A DNA stretch of 53,784 nucleotides from Deltaproteobacteria bacterium (GTDB lineage: Bacteria; Myxococcota_A; UBA796; UBA9615). Every line of letters begins with the position of its first letter. The stretch's first letter is position 1. The position numbers were made by a program, and so were the translations under genes. Under the pieces are notes generated by a model that saw only the letters and a program-made list of their open reading frames with translations, was not told the origin of the DNA and did not search any database. Shown in pieces: positions 18,358 through 27,383 of the stretch. The stretch lies in the NCBI GenBank assembly GCA_002724675.1, contig PBPL01000213.1, forward strand, positions 1 to 53,784, read 5' to 3'.

Positions 18358-18804
18358 TCAGGCGCCCCTGCATGCCGGGCACAATCCGTAGAGTTCCATC
18401 TTGTGGTGCTTCAACTCGAAGCCGTGCTGAGTGGCAACCTCATTCTGGAGTTGCTCGATCGCATCATTCTCAAACTCGACGATGGTTCGACAAGCCGTAC
18501 AGATCAGATGATCGTGATGGTCCTCGTGATGCTCACCAGGCTCGTAGCAGGCCGGGCCATTGAGGAAGTGACGCTCCGAAGCGACCCCAGAATCAACGAA
18601 CAATTTCATCGTCCGGTAAATGGTCGCATGCCCAACGCCTGGCGACACTTGCCGCACGGCATGCAGCAACTCCTCCACCGTGACGTGCTTCCCCAGCTCA
18701 ACGAACCGGCTGAGGATCTCCTCCCGTTGACGAGTGAGCTTGAGCCCATGATCTCGCATGTAGTCCGTCAGGCGACGATGCATATTGCCATACGTGTCAG
18801 TCAT
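18358..18804 (-). CDS. Fur-family metalloregulator (Fur/Zur/PerR type)
   Basis: Motifs are LKLTRQREEIL, GHATIYRTMKLFVDSG (wHTH), HHEDHHDHLICTAC and LCPAC. The start was moved to ATG 18804, with GGAGAGGGGTGGG immediately upstream. Confidence 0.85.
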   Translation of the reverse strand: MTDTYGNMHRRLTDYMRDHGLKLTRQREEILSRFVELGKHVTVEELLHAVRQVSPGVGHATIYRTMKLFVDSGVASERHFLNGPACYEPGEHHEDHHDHLICTACRTIVEFENDAIEQLQNEVATQHGFELKHHKMELYGLCPACRGA

Positions 18805-18826
18805 CCCACCCCTCTCCAAGCTCAGG

Positions 18827-19054
18827 TCAACTGCAGCCAGGACCGAGCTTGCCACAAGTTCCACAACTCATCCCTGGTTGCTCCGATGAAATCGACGTCG
18901 TCGCGACGCCGTCCCCACCCACATTGTGAGCGCTCAGGACCCGAATCAGGGTACCCGCATCCCGCGGGCAACTCTCGGGTGGCGGATCGGAGAGGCGCTG
19001 CAACACCTCAATCCGTTCACCACACGAATCACAGACGTACTCGTAGATGGGCAC
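18827..19054 (-). CDS. FmdB-family zinc-ribbon protein
   Basis: The N-terminus MPIYEYVCDSCGERIEVLQRLSD matches the FmdB/CxxC_CxxC_SSSS pattern. The second knuckle is atypical (CPRDAG instead of CPxCG), and an extra CGTCG lies near the C-terminus. Confidence 0.75.
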   Translation of the reverse strand: MPIYEYVCDSCGERIEVLQRLSDPPPESCPRDAGTLIRVLSAHNVGGDGVATTSISSEQPGMSCGTCGKLGPGCS

Positions 19055-19058
19055 GAGT

Positions 19059-21251
19059 TCAGGCCCTCAGGGGGAGACTCTCGCGCTGACGCACGGTCAA
19101 CGCCAAGTGCACTCGGTCCTGCTCGGCAATGGTCAAGCCCAGGAACTTGAACCCGTAGCGGGTTGCGCCACCACTCACAGGGGGAGGCTCCACCCGACTG
19201 CACTGGGCCCGCACGAGAAGAGGTTCATCAGGCAAGGGGAACTCGAGCTCGACGATCGAGTTCAACTCGATGTCCCGAGTCGCAAGAATCGAGCAACCAA
19301 TGAGGGCTAGGTCTTCCAAGGTGCACCTAAAGAAGTCACCTGTGGCCACCAAGTCCCCGTTCTCATCGGGCTCCAAGAACCGTGCCCGGCTCATCAACTG
19401 GAACGCCACTCGGAACGCTCCCCGACGATTCACGAAGCGCAGATCATCGGGGTACTGAACCACCAGGAGAAACTGGTCTTCGCGAACGACGTGCAGGGCA
19501 ACGCCTCCCACGGCGGACACAGCGGCCGCGTCCGCATCGCCCTCGGCAATGGCCTGAGGTGCGGACGGCTGCATGCCGTGCTGCGGGCTGTCGTCAAGAC
19601 GGACAATCGTCGAATCGAAGCGATAGACGCCATCATCCCGGCCGATCTCCACAAGGACCTCGGCGCCCTCCTCCAACTCGGAAGAGGGCAGGCCGGGATA
19701 GAAGATGCCGAGCCCATCAGGCTGCCGAAGCGTCTCAGCCGGAGCGATGCGCGCTACGACTCGGTGGTCCCTCTCGATGGCCACGTACTTCACCGGCCCC
19801 AGATTCCGGGGCAAGAACTCCAGGGTGATGGAGGAACTCTCACTGGCTCCGGGTTGGGGTTTGTCCGGATCGGGCTCGTCTACCGGGCCCACCACCTCTT
19901 CGACGCTTGCCCAGAAACGGCCTGTGAAGAGGTCCCCCCCTCGAGGCGAGAACCGAAGATGGCGACGCTTTGCGACAAACTGAAGCTGTGCGGTGAGTTC
20001 CTCACCAAAAGGTACTCGACGCAGACTGGTGATCTTCGCAGACTGAGGTGCATCCCCCTTGGCACCCGGGATAAAGAGGACTCGCTGGGTCGTCACCAAG
20101 ATCCAACCGCGGCGGACAGTCCACTCACCCACCCACTGCAGGCTCGGACCCAGCAACAACACCTCCTCATCAGCATCCATTGGGAGCTTGGGGGCCACCG
20201 AACCCAGAGCTTCTTCGGCCTGTTCACCCAACCAACCCAGAGGCCCGCTGTCATGAGGCTCGTTCTCGTCACGGAAGTGAAGAAGCAGGCTCATGAGGTC
20301 TTTCATGCGCTCTTCGGCATCGTTGAGCGCAAACATGAACTCGTTGTCACCAGCTGAGACTGTGATTCGGGCCTCAGGCCATCCACCCATGCTGATCTTC
20401 CGGACGTCCGCCAACGCGATCTCCGTCGTCTGAGCGCCCACAATGGCGTCTAGACGTCCCTCTGGCGTAAACGTCAGTCGATCGGCACCCACGACCAAGA
20501 GACCCGGCTGGGCCAACGGCCCCTTCAAGAGGGAGAGCTTCCAGGTGCCCAAGATCTGACGCTGACCATCCGTGGAGGCCGCGCTCCCATCCACCCCCAC
20601 CCCCATCGCAGCCAGTTGGGCATACAAGCGAGGGACCAAGTAGCCAGCGAATAGCTGATGTCGTTCCCCCAGCTCAATGCGCAACAGACGACGCACGGCG
20701 ACGATCTCGACGCCCGTAATCTCAGCGAGCATGACGTCAACTTCAAGGTTCTCGCCCACAATACGATTGAGAAAGCCATCGGGGAGAAAGCGGAAGCGCC
20801 GATCGGTCAGTGTCACAGTGCCACGCGAGGACAGCAGGTTGTTGACGTAGGCTTCCAGCTCCCCCTGGACGAGGACCTTCTCGCCGTCGTCAAAGGACGG
20901 ATCTTCTCGGTCGCTGGGGTCCAGCCCGGGCAAGAGGGCTCGCAGTCGAGCCCTTACATGGCCCGCACCTCTCCCACGGAAGAGCAGTTGCTGTCCCTTG
21001 TGCACCACGAGCAGCTGCTGGCTCCCGCCGTCGAGAGCGCTCAACTCGGCCAATGGAATGGCAAGGTCATTGGCCCCCGCCAGCTTGTCGATGAACCGGA
21101 TGGGCTCAAAGCGCAACTCGTCGGGCGTCAAACGCAGCACACCACGAACGTAAAGGACCCCCTTGACGAGCATTGCGTCCTGCTCGATGAGGTAGTCACG
21201 GCCAGCCCAGGGCCCATGGTGTGAGTCGACCATCCATAGAATTATAGACAC
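19059..21251 (-). CDS. Multi-PH/GRAM-like-repeat protein with C-terminal PilZ domain
   Basis: The C-terminus has RRGAFRV (RxxxR) and DLALIGCSI (D/NxSxxG-like), followed by the PilZ-like beta-barrel end VRAQCSRVE...RYGFKFLGL. Repeated xLTxDxLxFxP segments occur N-terminally (LRLTPDELRFEP, VTLTDRRFRFLP, RLTFTPEG, RVLFIPG). Confidence 0.7.
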   Translation of the reverse strand: MSIILWMVDSHHGPWAGRDYLIEQDAMLVKGVLYVRGVLRLTPDELRFEPIRFIDKLAGANDLAIPLAELSALDGGSQQLLVVHKGQQLLFRGRGAGHVRARLRALLPGLDPSDREDPSFDDGEKVLVQGELEAYVNNLLSSRGTVTLTDRRFRFLPDGFLNRIVGENLEVDVMLAEITGVEIVAVRRLLRIELGERHQLFAGYLVPRLYAQLAAMGVGVDGSAASTDGQRQILGTWKLSLLKGPLAQPGLLVVGADRLTFTPEGRLDAIVGAQTTEIALADVRKISMGGWPEARITVSAGDNEFMFALNDAEERMKDLMSLLLHFRDENEPHDSGPLGWLGEQAEEALGSVAPKLPMDADEEVLLLGPSLQWVGEWTVRRGWILVTTQRVLFIPGAKGDAPQSAKITSLRRVPFGEELTAQLQFVAKRRHLRFSPRGGDLFTGRFWASVEEVVGPVDEPDPDKPQPGASESSSITLEFLPRNLGPVKYVAIERDHRVVARIAPAETLRQPDGLGIFYPGLPSSELEEGAEVLVEIGRDDGVYRFDSTIVRLDDSPQHGMQPSAPQAIAEGDADAAAVSAVGGVALHVVREDQFLLVVQYPDDLRFVNRRGAFRVAFQLMSRARFLEPDENGDLVATGDFFRCTLEDLALIGCSILATRDIELNSIVELEFPLPDEPLLVRAQCSRVEPPPVSGGATRYGFKFLGLTIAEQDRVHLALTVRQRESLPLRA

Positions 21252-21359
21252 CAGCGCGAGCCGCGAGCGTCCATGCTGGACTCAGAGCACCGCTTAGAAC
21301 CCTCTAAATGGGGACTAGAGGCACTGCAGCACCCCGCTGTGGTGGTTGACCCCACCTTC

Positions 21360-22118
21360 TCAAAAAACGAACGGAACCAGCGCCTTTCGCTCCTTGGGGT
21401 ACTCGGGAAACTGCTCGTGATACCAGCGATGGTGGCTCCGCGACCTGGGAACCAGATTCGCCGCGGTGTACGCGGCAAAGGCAACGCCGGCCAACGACCA
21501 GGTCGCCAGTGCCCAGCCTATCCATTCCAGGATCTCCCCCAGGTAGTTGGGGCAACTGACCCACTTGTAGAGCCCACCCTCGGGCACCTTGTATCCGCTC
21601 TGACCGGGGCCACGAAGCTTGAGCAGGACCCCATCGGAGTACAAGTTGATCCCCATCCCCAATGCAAAGAGGGCTGCCCCCGCAACAAAACGCGGATTGG
21701 CCAGCCACTCCAGGGAATAGGTACCCAGGTGAGACACCCAGCGAGCGTTGATGTACGCATTCACAAGGGTGAACAGAAACGCCAACAGTGCGACAAAGAA
21801 AGGAGTCCGCCGACCCGTCGACTTCATGCGGAGAGGATAAATGAAGGTGCGGTGCACATAGTGGACCTGCCACATGGCCAAGAAAAGGAGCGGCACCGGC
21901 GCTGCCCGATGCTCTCCGAGGGCATACACCCCAAGAAAAACGAGAACTGAAGGCGACTCCATGACGAGCCAGGACCAACGAGCCGAAGCGGTCGGTCCCC
22001 AGCCAGCACGACCGTGCCGCCCATAGGGTGCGCTGATGACCATCAAGAGACACGCTGTCAGCGGCGCCAGGAGCAAGACCGCCCACACCAAAGCTGAGTG
22101 AAGACCTGTTTCGGTCAT
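21360..22118 (-). CDS. 3-oxo-5-alpha-steroid 4-dehydrogenase (steroid 5-alpha-reductase) family membrane protein
   Basis: The C-terminal signature is GLYKWVSCPNYLGEILEWIGWALATWS...VPRSRSHHRWYHEQFPEYPKERKALVPFVF, and the protein is multi-TM. The start was set at ATG 22118, forming an ATGA overlap with the upstream stop. Confidence 0.8.
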   Translation of the reverse strand: MTETGLHSALVWAVLLLAPLTACLLMVISAPYGRHGRAGWGPTASARWSWLVMESPSVLVFLGVYALGEHRAAPVPLLFLAMWQVHYVHRTFIYPLRMKSTGRRTPFFVALLAFLFTLVNAYINARWVSHLGTYSLEWLANPRFVAGAALFALGMGINLYSDGVLLKLRGPGQSGYKVPEGGLYKWVSCPNYLGEILEWIGWALATWSLAGVAFAAYTAANLVPRSRSHHRWYHEQFPEYPKERKALVPFVF

Positions 22119-23119
22119 TGCAACTCGCCCAATCGCAGTTCCTTCGGCAGCTGGTCGCGAGCTGCAAACCATGCGTACGTGTCTCGCACTGTTTCCTCCA
22201 TGGGTCGAGCGACATGGCCCAGCTCTGCCCGAGCCAGGCTATCGTCTACCTGCGGATTCGTCTCCAGAGCATCCAAGGCCTCCCGAGTGTAGAGGGGCTC
22301 CTTGCGAGTAGCCCGGGCGCTCCACTCCATGAGCGGGGCACCTAAGCGAGCCATCCAGAGAGGCGTGACCAGACGTGGCGGAACCACTCCGATGACCTGC
22401 TGGGCCACATCAGCCAACTGTTGGGTCGTCAAACGTGGACCACCCAAGAGGTAGTTCTGACCCGTCGATCCTCGCTCGGACGCCGCGACCATCGCTGTCA
22501 CGACATCGCGAACATCCACCCAGGTAAAGCCGCCTTCCACCAGCGCTGGTAGGCGGCGGTGCGCCAGGTCCAGGAAGAAGTGTCCCATTCTGGAGGGCCG
22601 GAAGTCCCCGGGACCGACAACCCCCACCGGGTTGACCAACACTCCGTCGAGGCCGTCAGCGATGACCGCCTTGACTCGAGCCTGCCCCAAGGCCTTCGAG
22701 TAATCGTAAGCGGGCCGGTCCGACCCGGAAGGGACACTGCTTTCGTCGATAGGAGCCCCACCACGGCTGAGGTCGTAGGCATGGACTGAGCTCACATGCA
22801 CAAAGCGCCCTACTCCCGCCTCCAGAGCGGCCCGGGCAGCGTTCTCGGCTCCATTCACGTTCGTACGACGAACCTGACCGTCGGGATCTCCCGTAATCGA
22901 GATGAGGGCCGCCAAGTGGTATGCGACATCGACACCCTCGAACAACCTCGACAGCGAGGCCTTGTCCAACACACTCCCTTCAACATGGTCCAACCCAAGC
23001 CCTTCGATGCCCCGTCGGTCCCGGTGGACCAGGACGCGCACCTCGATGCCCATCTGCATCAGATGCCTCACGAGATTGGCCCCGATGTGGCCGGTCGCTC
23101 CGGTCACCGCTGCTTTCAT
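22115..23119 (-). CDS. NAD(P)-dependent extended SDR (epimerase/dehydratase; 3-beta-HSD / dihydroflavonol-reductase-like)
   Basis: The N-terminal Rossmann motif is MKAAVTGATGHIGANLV. Catalytic YDYSK (YxxxK) and VHVSS are present. The product is 334 aa. Confidence 0.85.
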   Translation of the reverse strand: MKAAVTGATGHIGANLVRHLMQMGIEVRVLVHRDRRGIEGLGLDHVEGSVLDKASLSRLFEGVDVAYHLAALISITGDPDGQVRRTNVNGAENAARAALEAGVGRFVHVSSVHAYDLSRGGAPIDESSVPSGSDRPAYDYSKALGQARVKAVIADGLDGVLVNPVGVVGPGDFRPSRMGHFFLDLAHRRLPALVEGGFTWVDVRDVVTAMVAASERGSTGQNYLLGGPRLTTQQLADVAQQVIGVVPPRLVTPLWMARLGAPLMEWSARATRKEPLYTREALDALETNPQVDDSLARAELGHVARPMEETVRDTYAWFAARDQLPKELRLGELQ

Positions 23120-23243
23120 CCACTCGACTCCTGGCGAGCACGTCCATACCCAGCTTCTACTTCATACACTGGACAACCCCAGTTGGTGGACAAGTCCTTT
23201 AGAAACCTTTCCACTCCCTCAGAAAGCGTTCCCAAACGACGTC

Positions 23244-23273
23244 TTGACAGGCTTCTGAGCGCAACGCTACGGT
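23244..23273 (+). promoter_or_regulatory. Candidate sigma-70-type promoter for the riboswitch-led operon
   Basis: TTGACA at 23244-23249, an 18-nt spacer and TACGGT at 23268-23273 sit ~25 nt upstream of the riboswitch. This is sequence resemblance only. Confidence 0.3.
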
Positions 23274-23297
23274 TCGGCGGTTGCCAGAACTCTGGCG

Positions 23298-23478
23298 ACA
23301 GGACATCGACGGAAGTGGTGCTCGCGCGAGTGCGCGAGCAAGGGAAGCCGGTGAGAGACCGGCGCGGCCCCCGCCACTGTGACCGGGGACGGCCCTGCAC
23401 AAAGCCACCGGAGCTGACCGGGAAGGCGCAGGCAGCCGAGTGATCCGGAAGCCAGGAGACCGACCTCTCCCGTCCAGA
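23298..23478 (+). promoter_or_regulatory. Cobalamin (B12) riboswitch
   Basis: Conserved core elements include GGTG followed by the hairpin CTCGCGC-GAGT-GCGCGAG. The core also holds AAGGGAAGCCGGTGAGAGACCGGCGCGGCCCCCGCCACTGTGACCGGGGA and GCCACCGG..CCGGGAAGGCG. The B12 box AAGCCAGGAGACCGACC is at 23449-23465. It lies directly upstream of a TonB-dependent receptor gene. Confidence 0.85.
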
Positions 23479-23543
23479 ACTACGAGCCCCGGGGTGGTGG
23501 GATCGTGTCGCGACCCGGGCTGCAGCTCCCGTCTCGAACCGGA

Positions 23544-23576
23544 CCTCTCCTCTTCCGCAGGGCGTGGGAGGAGAGG
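23544..23576 (+). promoter_or_regulatory. SD-sequestering hairpin (putative riboswitch expression platform)
   Basis: A perfect 9-bp stem pairs CCTCTCCTC (23544-23552) with GAGGAGAGG (23568-23576), with a 15-nt loop. The 3' arm is the only SD-like sequence ahead of the receptor start (TTG 23580 or ATG 23598). Confidence 0.45.
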
Positions 23577-23579
23577 AAC

Positions 23580-25883
23580 TTGCGCTGTCTCCGCAGCATG
23601 ATGACGCTCCTCATGGGACTCGTGACCCTCGCATCACTCGTCCGCCCTAGCTGGTCTGCAGATCTGCACAACCAGGAGGGCCCGACCTGGACCACGGCTA
23701 TGTCCGATGATCGTTCGACTGAACAGGACGAAGAGGCGCAAGGCGAGGACGACGACAAAGACGACAACAACGAAGACGACGAAGAAGAAGAGGCCCAGGA
23801 CAACTCTGCCTCCAGGGAGAGCGCCACAGAGCAACCTAGCAAGGCTGCTTCTGAAGAGATCCATGCTCGTGTCCAAGTGGAAGAAGCGCGAAGAAGGCTG
23901 AGTCCTCGAGAGCGTCGTTTCGGAGCCCCGCTGGCTGTCTCGACAATGGACCTGGACGAGGACCTTGCCCCTGGCGCCACGCTGGCGGATGTCCTGGGAG
24001 GCCTCGCGGGGGTCCATGTGCGCCAATTCGGCGGACCTGGTGACCCCTCCACCGTCTCGCTCCGAGGCTCGACCGCCCGACAGGTGGAGATCTGGATCGA
24101 TGGGGTGCCACTGAATTCACTGGGCAGTTCCGTCATCGATCTGAGCGAGCTCCCCGTGGATTCATGGGATCAACTGGATGTGTTCCGAGGATTCGCACCG
24201 CCAGAGCTCGGTGGAGCGCCTATCGGCGGAGTCGTCCATCTGAGCAGCAAGCCGGGAAGAGTCCGTCCCTTTTCCGTGGAGGCCGGGATTGGGTCCTGGG
24301 CGACTCGCTTCCTACACCTGGGCGCGGGATCAAGCCGAACAACCCCTGGCGGAGGACTGGTGGATGTGCGGCTCGACGCTCGCTACGACGGCACCCGTGG
24401 GGACTTTCGCTACCTGGACAACCAGGGGACGATCTACAACTTGCTAGACGACCGGACCCGGTTTCGAGCCAACAACGCTCGGGATCAACTGCACCTAGCC
24501 GCACGCAGCACTCTGTTCCGAGGCCCTCTAGTACTGAACTTCTCGGACCTGCTCCTGTGGCGCGGGGAAGGGGTCCCCGGCCCAGCCCACGGCAGCACAG
24601 AGCAGGCCCGCTTCACGGTAATGCGCAACCTCGCCAGTGTGTCGGCGAAGATCACCCCGAGCTCGAAAACCTCTCTGCACCTGAGCTTGAGTCATATCGC
24701 TCGAGAAGAGAGGTTCCGCGATCTCTATGGAGAGATCGGCCCGGGTACCTCGGACAGCCGAGACCGCTACCATCAGCTGACGGGGGCAACCTCGGCACAG
24801 CTACATCCCGTGGACTGGCTCGCGCTCATCCCCGCCGTGCGACTGGTGGTCGACACCTATGCAGCATCGAACCGCCTGCTTGAGAGCACCACAGCGACGA
24901 CCCAGTTACGAGTCGCCACCGAGTTGGGGTTCAGCGCCAAGGCGACGTTCTGGGCCGAGCGCATATCGCTGCTGTCCGGGCTCTCATTTTATGGGCTGGG
25001 GAACCACCAATTGGGGGACGTGCCGTACCAGGACCAAACCACAACATCCGAGGGAATCGAGTGGGGCCGACACTTCCAGCCACGAATCGCGATCGCGTTT
25101 CGACCCAAGCCCTGGCTCACCCTCCGGAGCAGCCTCGCTAGAGGATTCCGACCGCCCACCTACGAGGAGCTCTTTGGCCAACACGGAACCATGGCCGGCA
25201 ACCCCTGGCTGCTCCCCGAGTCCTCCGAGTCCGCAGACCTGTCTCTGCGTGTGGGTGGGCGGCTTCACAAGTGGCTCAATGCCGGAGTCGAGATGGGCGG
25301 GTTCCTCGTGTTCACACGAGATGCCATCGTCTATCGACCCAATGCGTTCCGAGTCGCCGCGCCCACTAATTTTGGCCGCATCCGAGTGGGCGGTATCGAA
25401 CTGGCGGGCAGTGCGCAGGTCCTCGGATGGCTTCACCTGACCGGCGCTGCAACGTTTGTCGACTCCGAAATTCTGGAGGGAGAGACCGCCCATCTGGGGA
25501 ACCAGGTGCCAGCCACTCCCCGCTGGCAACTGGATGCTTCTGTGGCCATTGAGCTGGACCACCACCTCAAGCTGCGATGGCAGTTCGCCTATACAGACGG
25601 CACCTTCGACAGTCCCACCAACCTCTTTCGTGCAGCTCCCCGACCCATCCACTCCCTGCACCTCCGGGTTCAACCAGACATTCGCTTCCCCTGGGTGGCG
25701 CTCGACCTACGAAACCTGTTGGACACCACCATGGCGCCGCAGTACCGCAACCCCACGAATCCTGACCCGCAAGACCGCCATATCGTCTCTCTCGAGGACT
25801 TTCGTGGGAACCCGCTGCCCGGCCGGTCCGTGTTGATCACCGTAGGCTGGTCCCCCCCGAGAGCCGAAGGGCAACAACCATGA
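23580..25883 (+). CDS. TonB-dependent outer-membrane receptor (BtuB-like by context) with acidic N-terminal extension
   Basis: The plug motif is LADVLGGLAGVHVRQFGGPGDPSTVSLRGSTARQVEIWIDGVPLN, followed by a long beta-barrel-type sequence. The start is proposed at in-frame TTG 23580, 8 nt after GGAGG, giving MRCLRSMMTLLMGLVTLASLVRPSWSA. The alternative is ATG 23598. An acidic insert reads EEAQGEDDDKDDNNEDDEEEEAQD. Confidence 0.85.
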   Translation: MRCLRSMMTLLMGLVTLASLVRPSWSADLHNQEGPTWTTAMSDDRSTEQDEEAQGEDDDKDDNNEDDEEEEAQDNSASRESATEQPSKAASEEIHARVQVEEARRRLSPRERRFGAPLAVSTMDLDEDLAPGATLADVLGGLAGVHVRQFGGPGDPSTVSLRGSTARQVEIWIDGVPLNSLGSSVIDLSELPVDSWDQLDVFRGFAPPELGGAPIGGVVHLSSKPGRVRPFSVEAGIGSWATRFLHLGAGSSRTTPGGGLVDVRLDARYDGTRGDFRYLDNQGTIYNLLDDRTRFRANNARDQLHLAARSTLFRGPLVLNFSDLLLWRGEGVPGPAHGSTEQARFTVMRNLASVSAKITPSSKTSLHLSLSHIAREERFRDLYGEIGPGTSDSRDRYHQLTGATSAQLHPVDWLALIPAVRLVVDTYAASNRLLESTTATTQLRVATELGFSAKATFWAERISLLSGLSFYGLGNHQLGDVPYQDQTTTSEGIEWGRHFQPRIAIAFRPKPWLTLRSSLARGFRPPTYEELFGQHGTMAGNPWLLPESSESADLSLRVGGRLHKWLNAGVEMGGFLVFTRDAIVYRPNAFRVAAPTNFGRIRVGGIELAGSAQVLGWLHLTGAATFVDSEILEGETAHLGNQVPATPRWQLDASVAIELDHHLKLRWQFAYTDGTFDSPTNLFRAAPRPIHSLHLRVQPDIRFPWVALDLRNLLDTTMAPQYRNPTNPDPQDRHIVSLEDFRGNPLPGRSVLITVGWSPPRAEGQQP

Positions 25884-27019
25884 GCACACGGGCAACGCAG
25901 TCCCTGCTGCTGGCGGGAAGCACTGTGCTCGCAATCCTCTGCAGTGGCTGCGAACCAGGCCAAGGGATCACAACAGGTCCAGCGGGGCAAGAGGACGAGT
26001 CTGGCTCAGAGACAAGGAGCGCCGTCGTCGTAACCAGCGACTACACAGACACTCTCCTGGCCCGAGTCGGCGTCGATAGCCTCGAGGTGACCGACCAGCT
26101 CGTCGCCTACGCAGAAGGAGATGTTCGGGTCTTCGCGCAGGATGAAGATGTCTTTGTCGTGTCCCGAACTGGCGCGGACGTGGTGCGACGTTTTGACGGC
26201 AACACCATTGCCGAAGGGCCCACTCTAGAGTTCAGCACGGGAGCTGGGTCCAATCCTCACACCATCAAGGTCTGTAGAGACCGCCTGTTCGTCAGCCTCT
26301 ACGACGAAAGCGCCATCAGCATCAGAGAGCCCATCAACGGAGTAGAGGTGGGGCGCGTCGATCTCACGCAGTACGACGAGGGGAGCGACGGTAGCTGTGA
26401 GCCCTCCTCCATGGTGCTCTACGAAGACACTCTGTTGGTTGCTCTCGAGCGATTCAATCTCCAGACCCTCGAAGGAGACCCGGTGGGCTGGGTCGTCCAG
26501 GTGGACTGCGAGACGGGCGATGTCATCGACAGTTGGCAGACTGCACGGAATCCTTCGATTCAGGCCGACCCGAGCGAGGAGGGAAGACTCCTCGTGCGGG
26601 AGGGTGACTTCTTCCAGTTGGACGGGGCTGTCCGCGTGCTCGATATCCCATCGGGGTCCTGGATCCAGACCCTCGTGACAGAAGCCGATCTCCAAAGAGA
26701 CATCACCGGCGTCGCCGCCAACGATGGACAGCTGGTCGTGGTTGCCTGGGACTACGCAGCCACGCCCCAGACATTCGATATCCTCTGCCTCGACCGTACG
26801 ACAGGAAGCTGGCTCGACGGCCCGTCGGGGTTGCCGCAAAACATCTGGACGGTCCGAACGGCACCGGACGGCCGCGTCTGGATTGCTGCCTTGCCTCCTT
26901 ACGACGATCCAGCCGCAGAGCACGGCATCCTGGTACTCGACCCCACCTCGTGCGAGCTGAGTAACAACGGTGCATGGGTTCCCTTCAGCCTGCCGGCTAC
27001 GGACATGGCGTTTCCGTGA
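25880..27019 (+). CDS. Lipoprotein, probable beta-propeller (function unknown; operon partner of the receptor)
   Basis: It has an ATGA overlap with the receptor stop and lipobox LAILCSGC. The beta-rich sequence repeats strand-turn patterns (DVFVVSRTGADVV, RLFVSLYDE, TLLVALERF, GWVVQVD, QLVVVAWDY, RVWIAALP). The fold assignment is inference. Confidence 0.7.
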   Translation: MSTRATQSLLLAGSTVLAILCSGCEPGQGITTGPAGQEDESGSETRSAVVVTSDYTDTLLARVGVDSLEVTDQLVAYAEGDVRVFAQDEDVFVVSRTGADVVRRFDGNTIAEGPTLEFSTGAGSNPHTIKVCRDRLFVSLYDESAISIREPINGVEVGRVDLTQYDEGSDGSCEPSSMVLYEDTLLVALERFNLQTLEGDPVGWVVQVDCETGDVIDSWQTARNPSIQADPSEEGRLLVREGDFFQLDGAVRVLDIPSGSWIQTLVTEADLQRDITGVAANDGQLVVVAWDYAATPQTFDILCLDRTTGSWLDGPSGLPQNIWTVRTAPDGRVWIAALPPYDDPAAEHGILVLDPTSCELSNNGAWVPFSLPATDMAFP

Positions 27020-27381
27020 TGAGCACAGGACGCCCCCCCACAACCGCCTCCGTGATGATGGTCACTGCCGTCATTGGCCTGCTTCTGGTCATCAGCTGTC
27101 GTGCGCCGGACGCTTGCGACTCCCTCTGCGTCACGGCTCGAACGACCTACGAGCGTTGCCTAGAAGCCGAGGGGCGCACCTGGATCGACTCCGTCGAGTT
27201 CGACTCGGAGAGTGATTTCGACAACTGGTGCCATACATGGACTCTGGAGCGAAGACTGCTGGCTCGAACGGGCGAGGACGCCTCCGACGGAACAGAGGAA
27301 CTCCTACATGCCTGCGAAGCTCAACAACAGCGCCTGCAAGATGACAGCTGTGACGAGTTCTTCAGCATTCTCTTGGACTGA
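27019..27381 (+). CDS. Small Cys-rich lipoprotein
   Basis: The ATG at 27019 overlaps the upstream TGA by 1 nt (TGATG). The N-terminus MSTGRPPTTASVMMVTAVIGLLLVISC is a signal peptide plus lipobox. The mature part has 7 Cys. Confidence 0.6.
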   Translation: MSTGRPPTTASVMMVTAVIGLLLVISCRAPDACDSLCVTARTTYERCLEAEGRTWIDSVEFDSESDFDNWCHTWTLERRLLARTGEDASDGTEELLHACEAQQQRLQDDSCDEFFSILLD

Positions 27382-27383
27382 GC

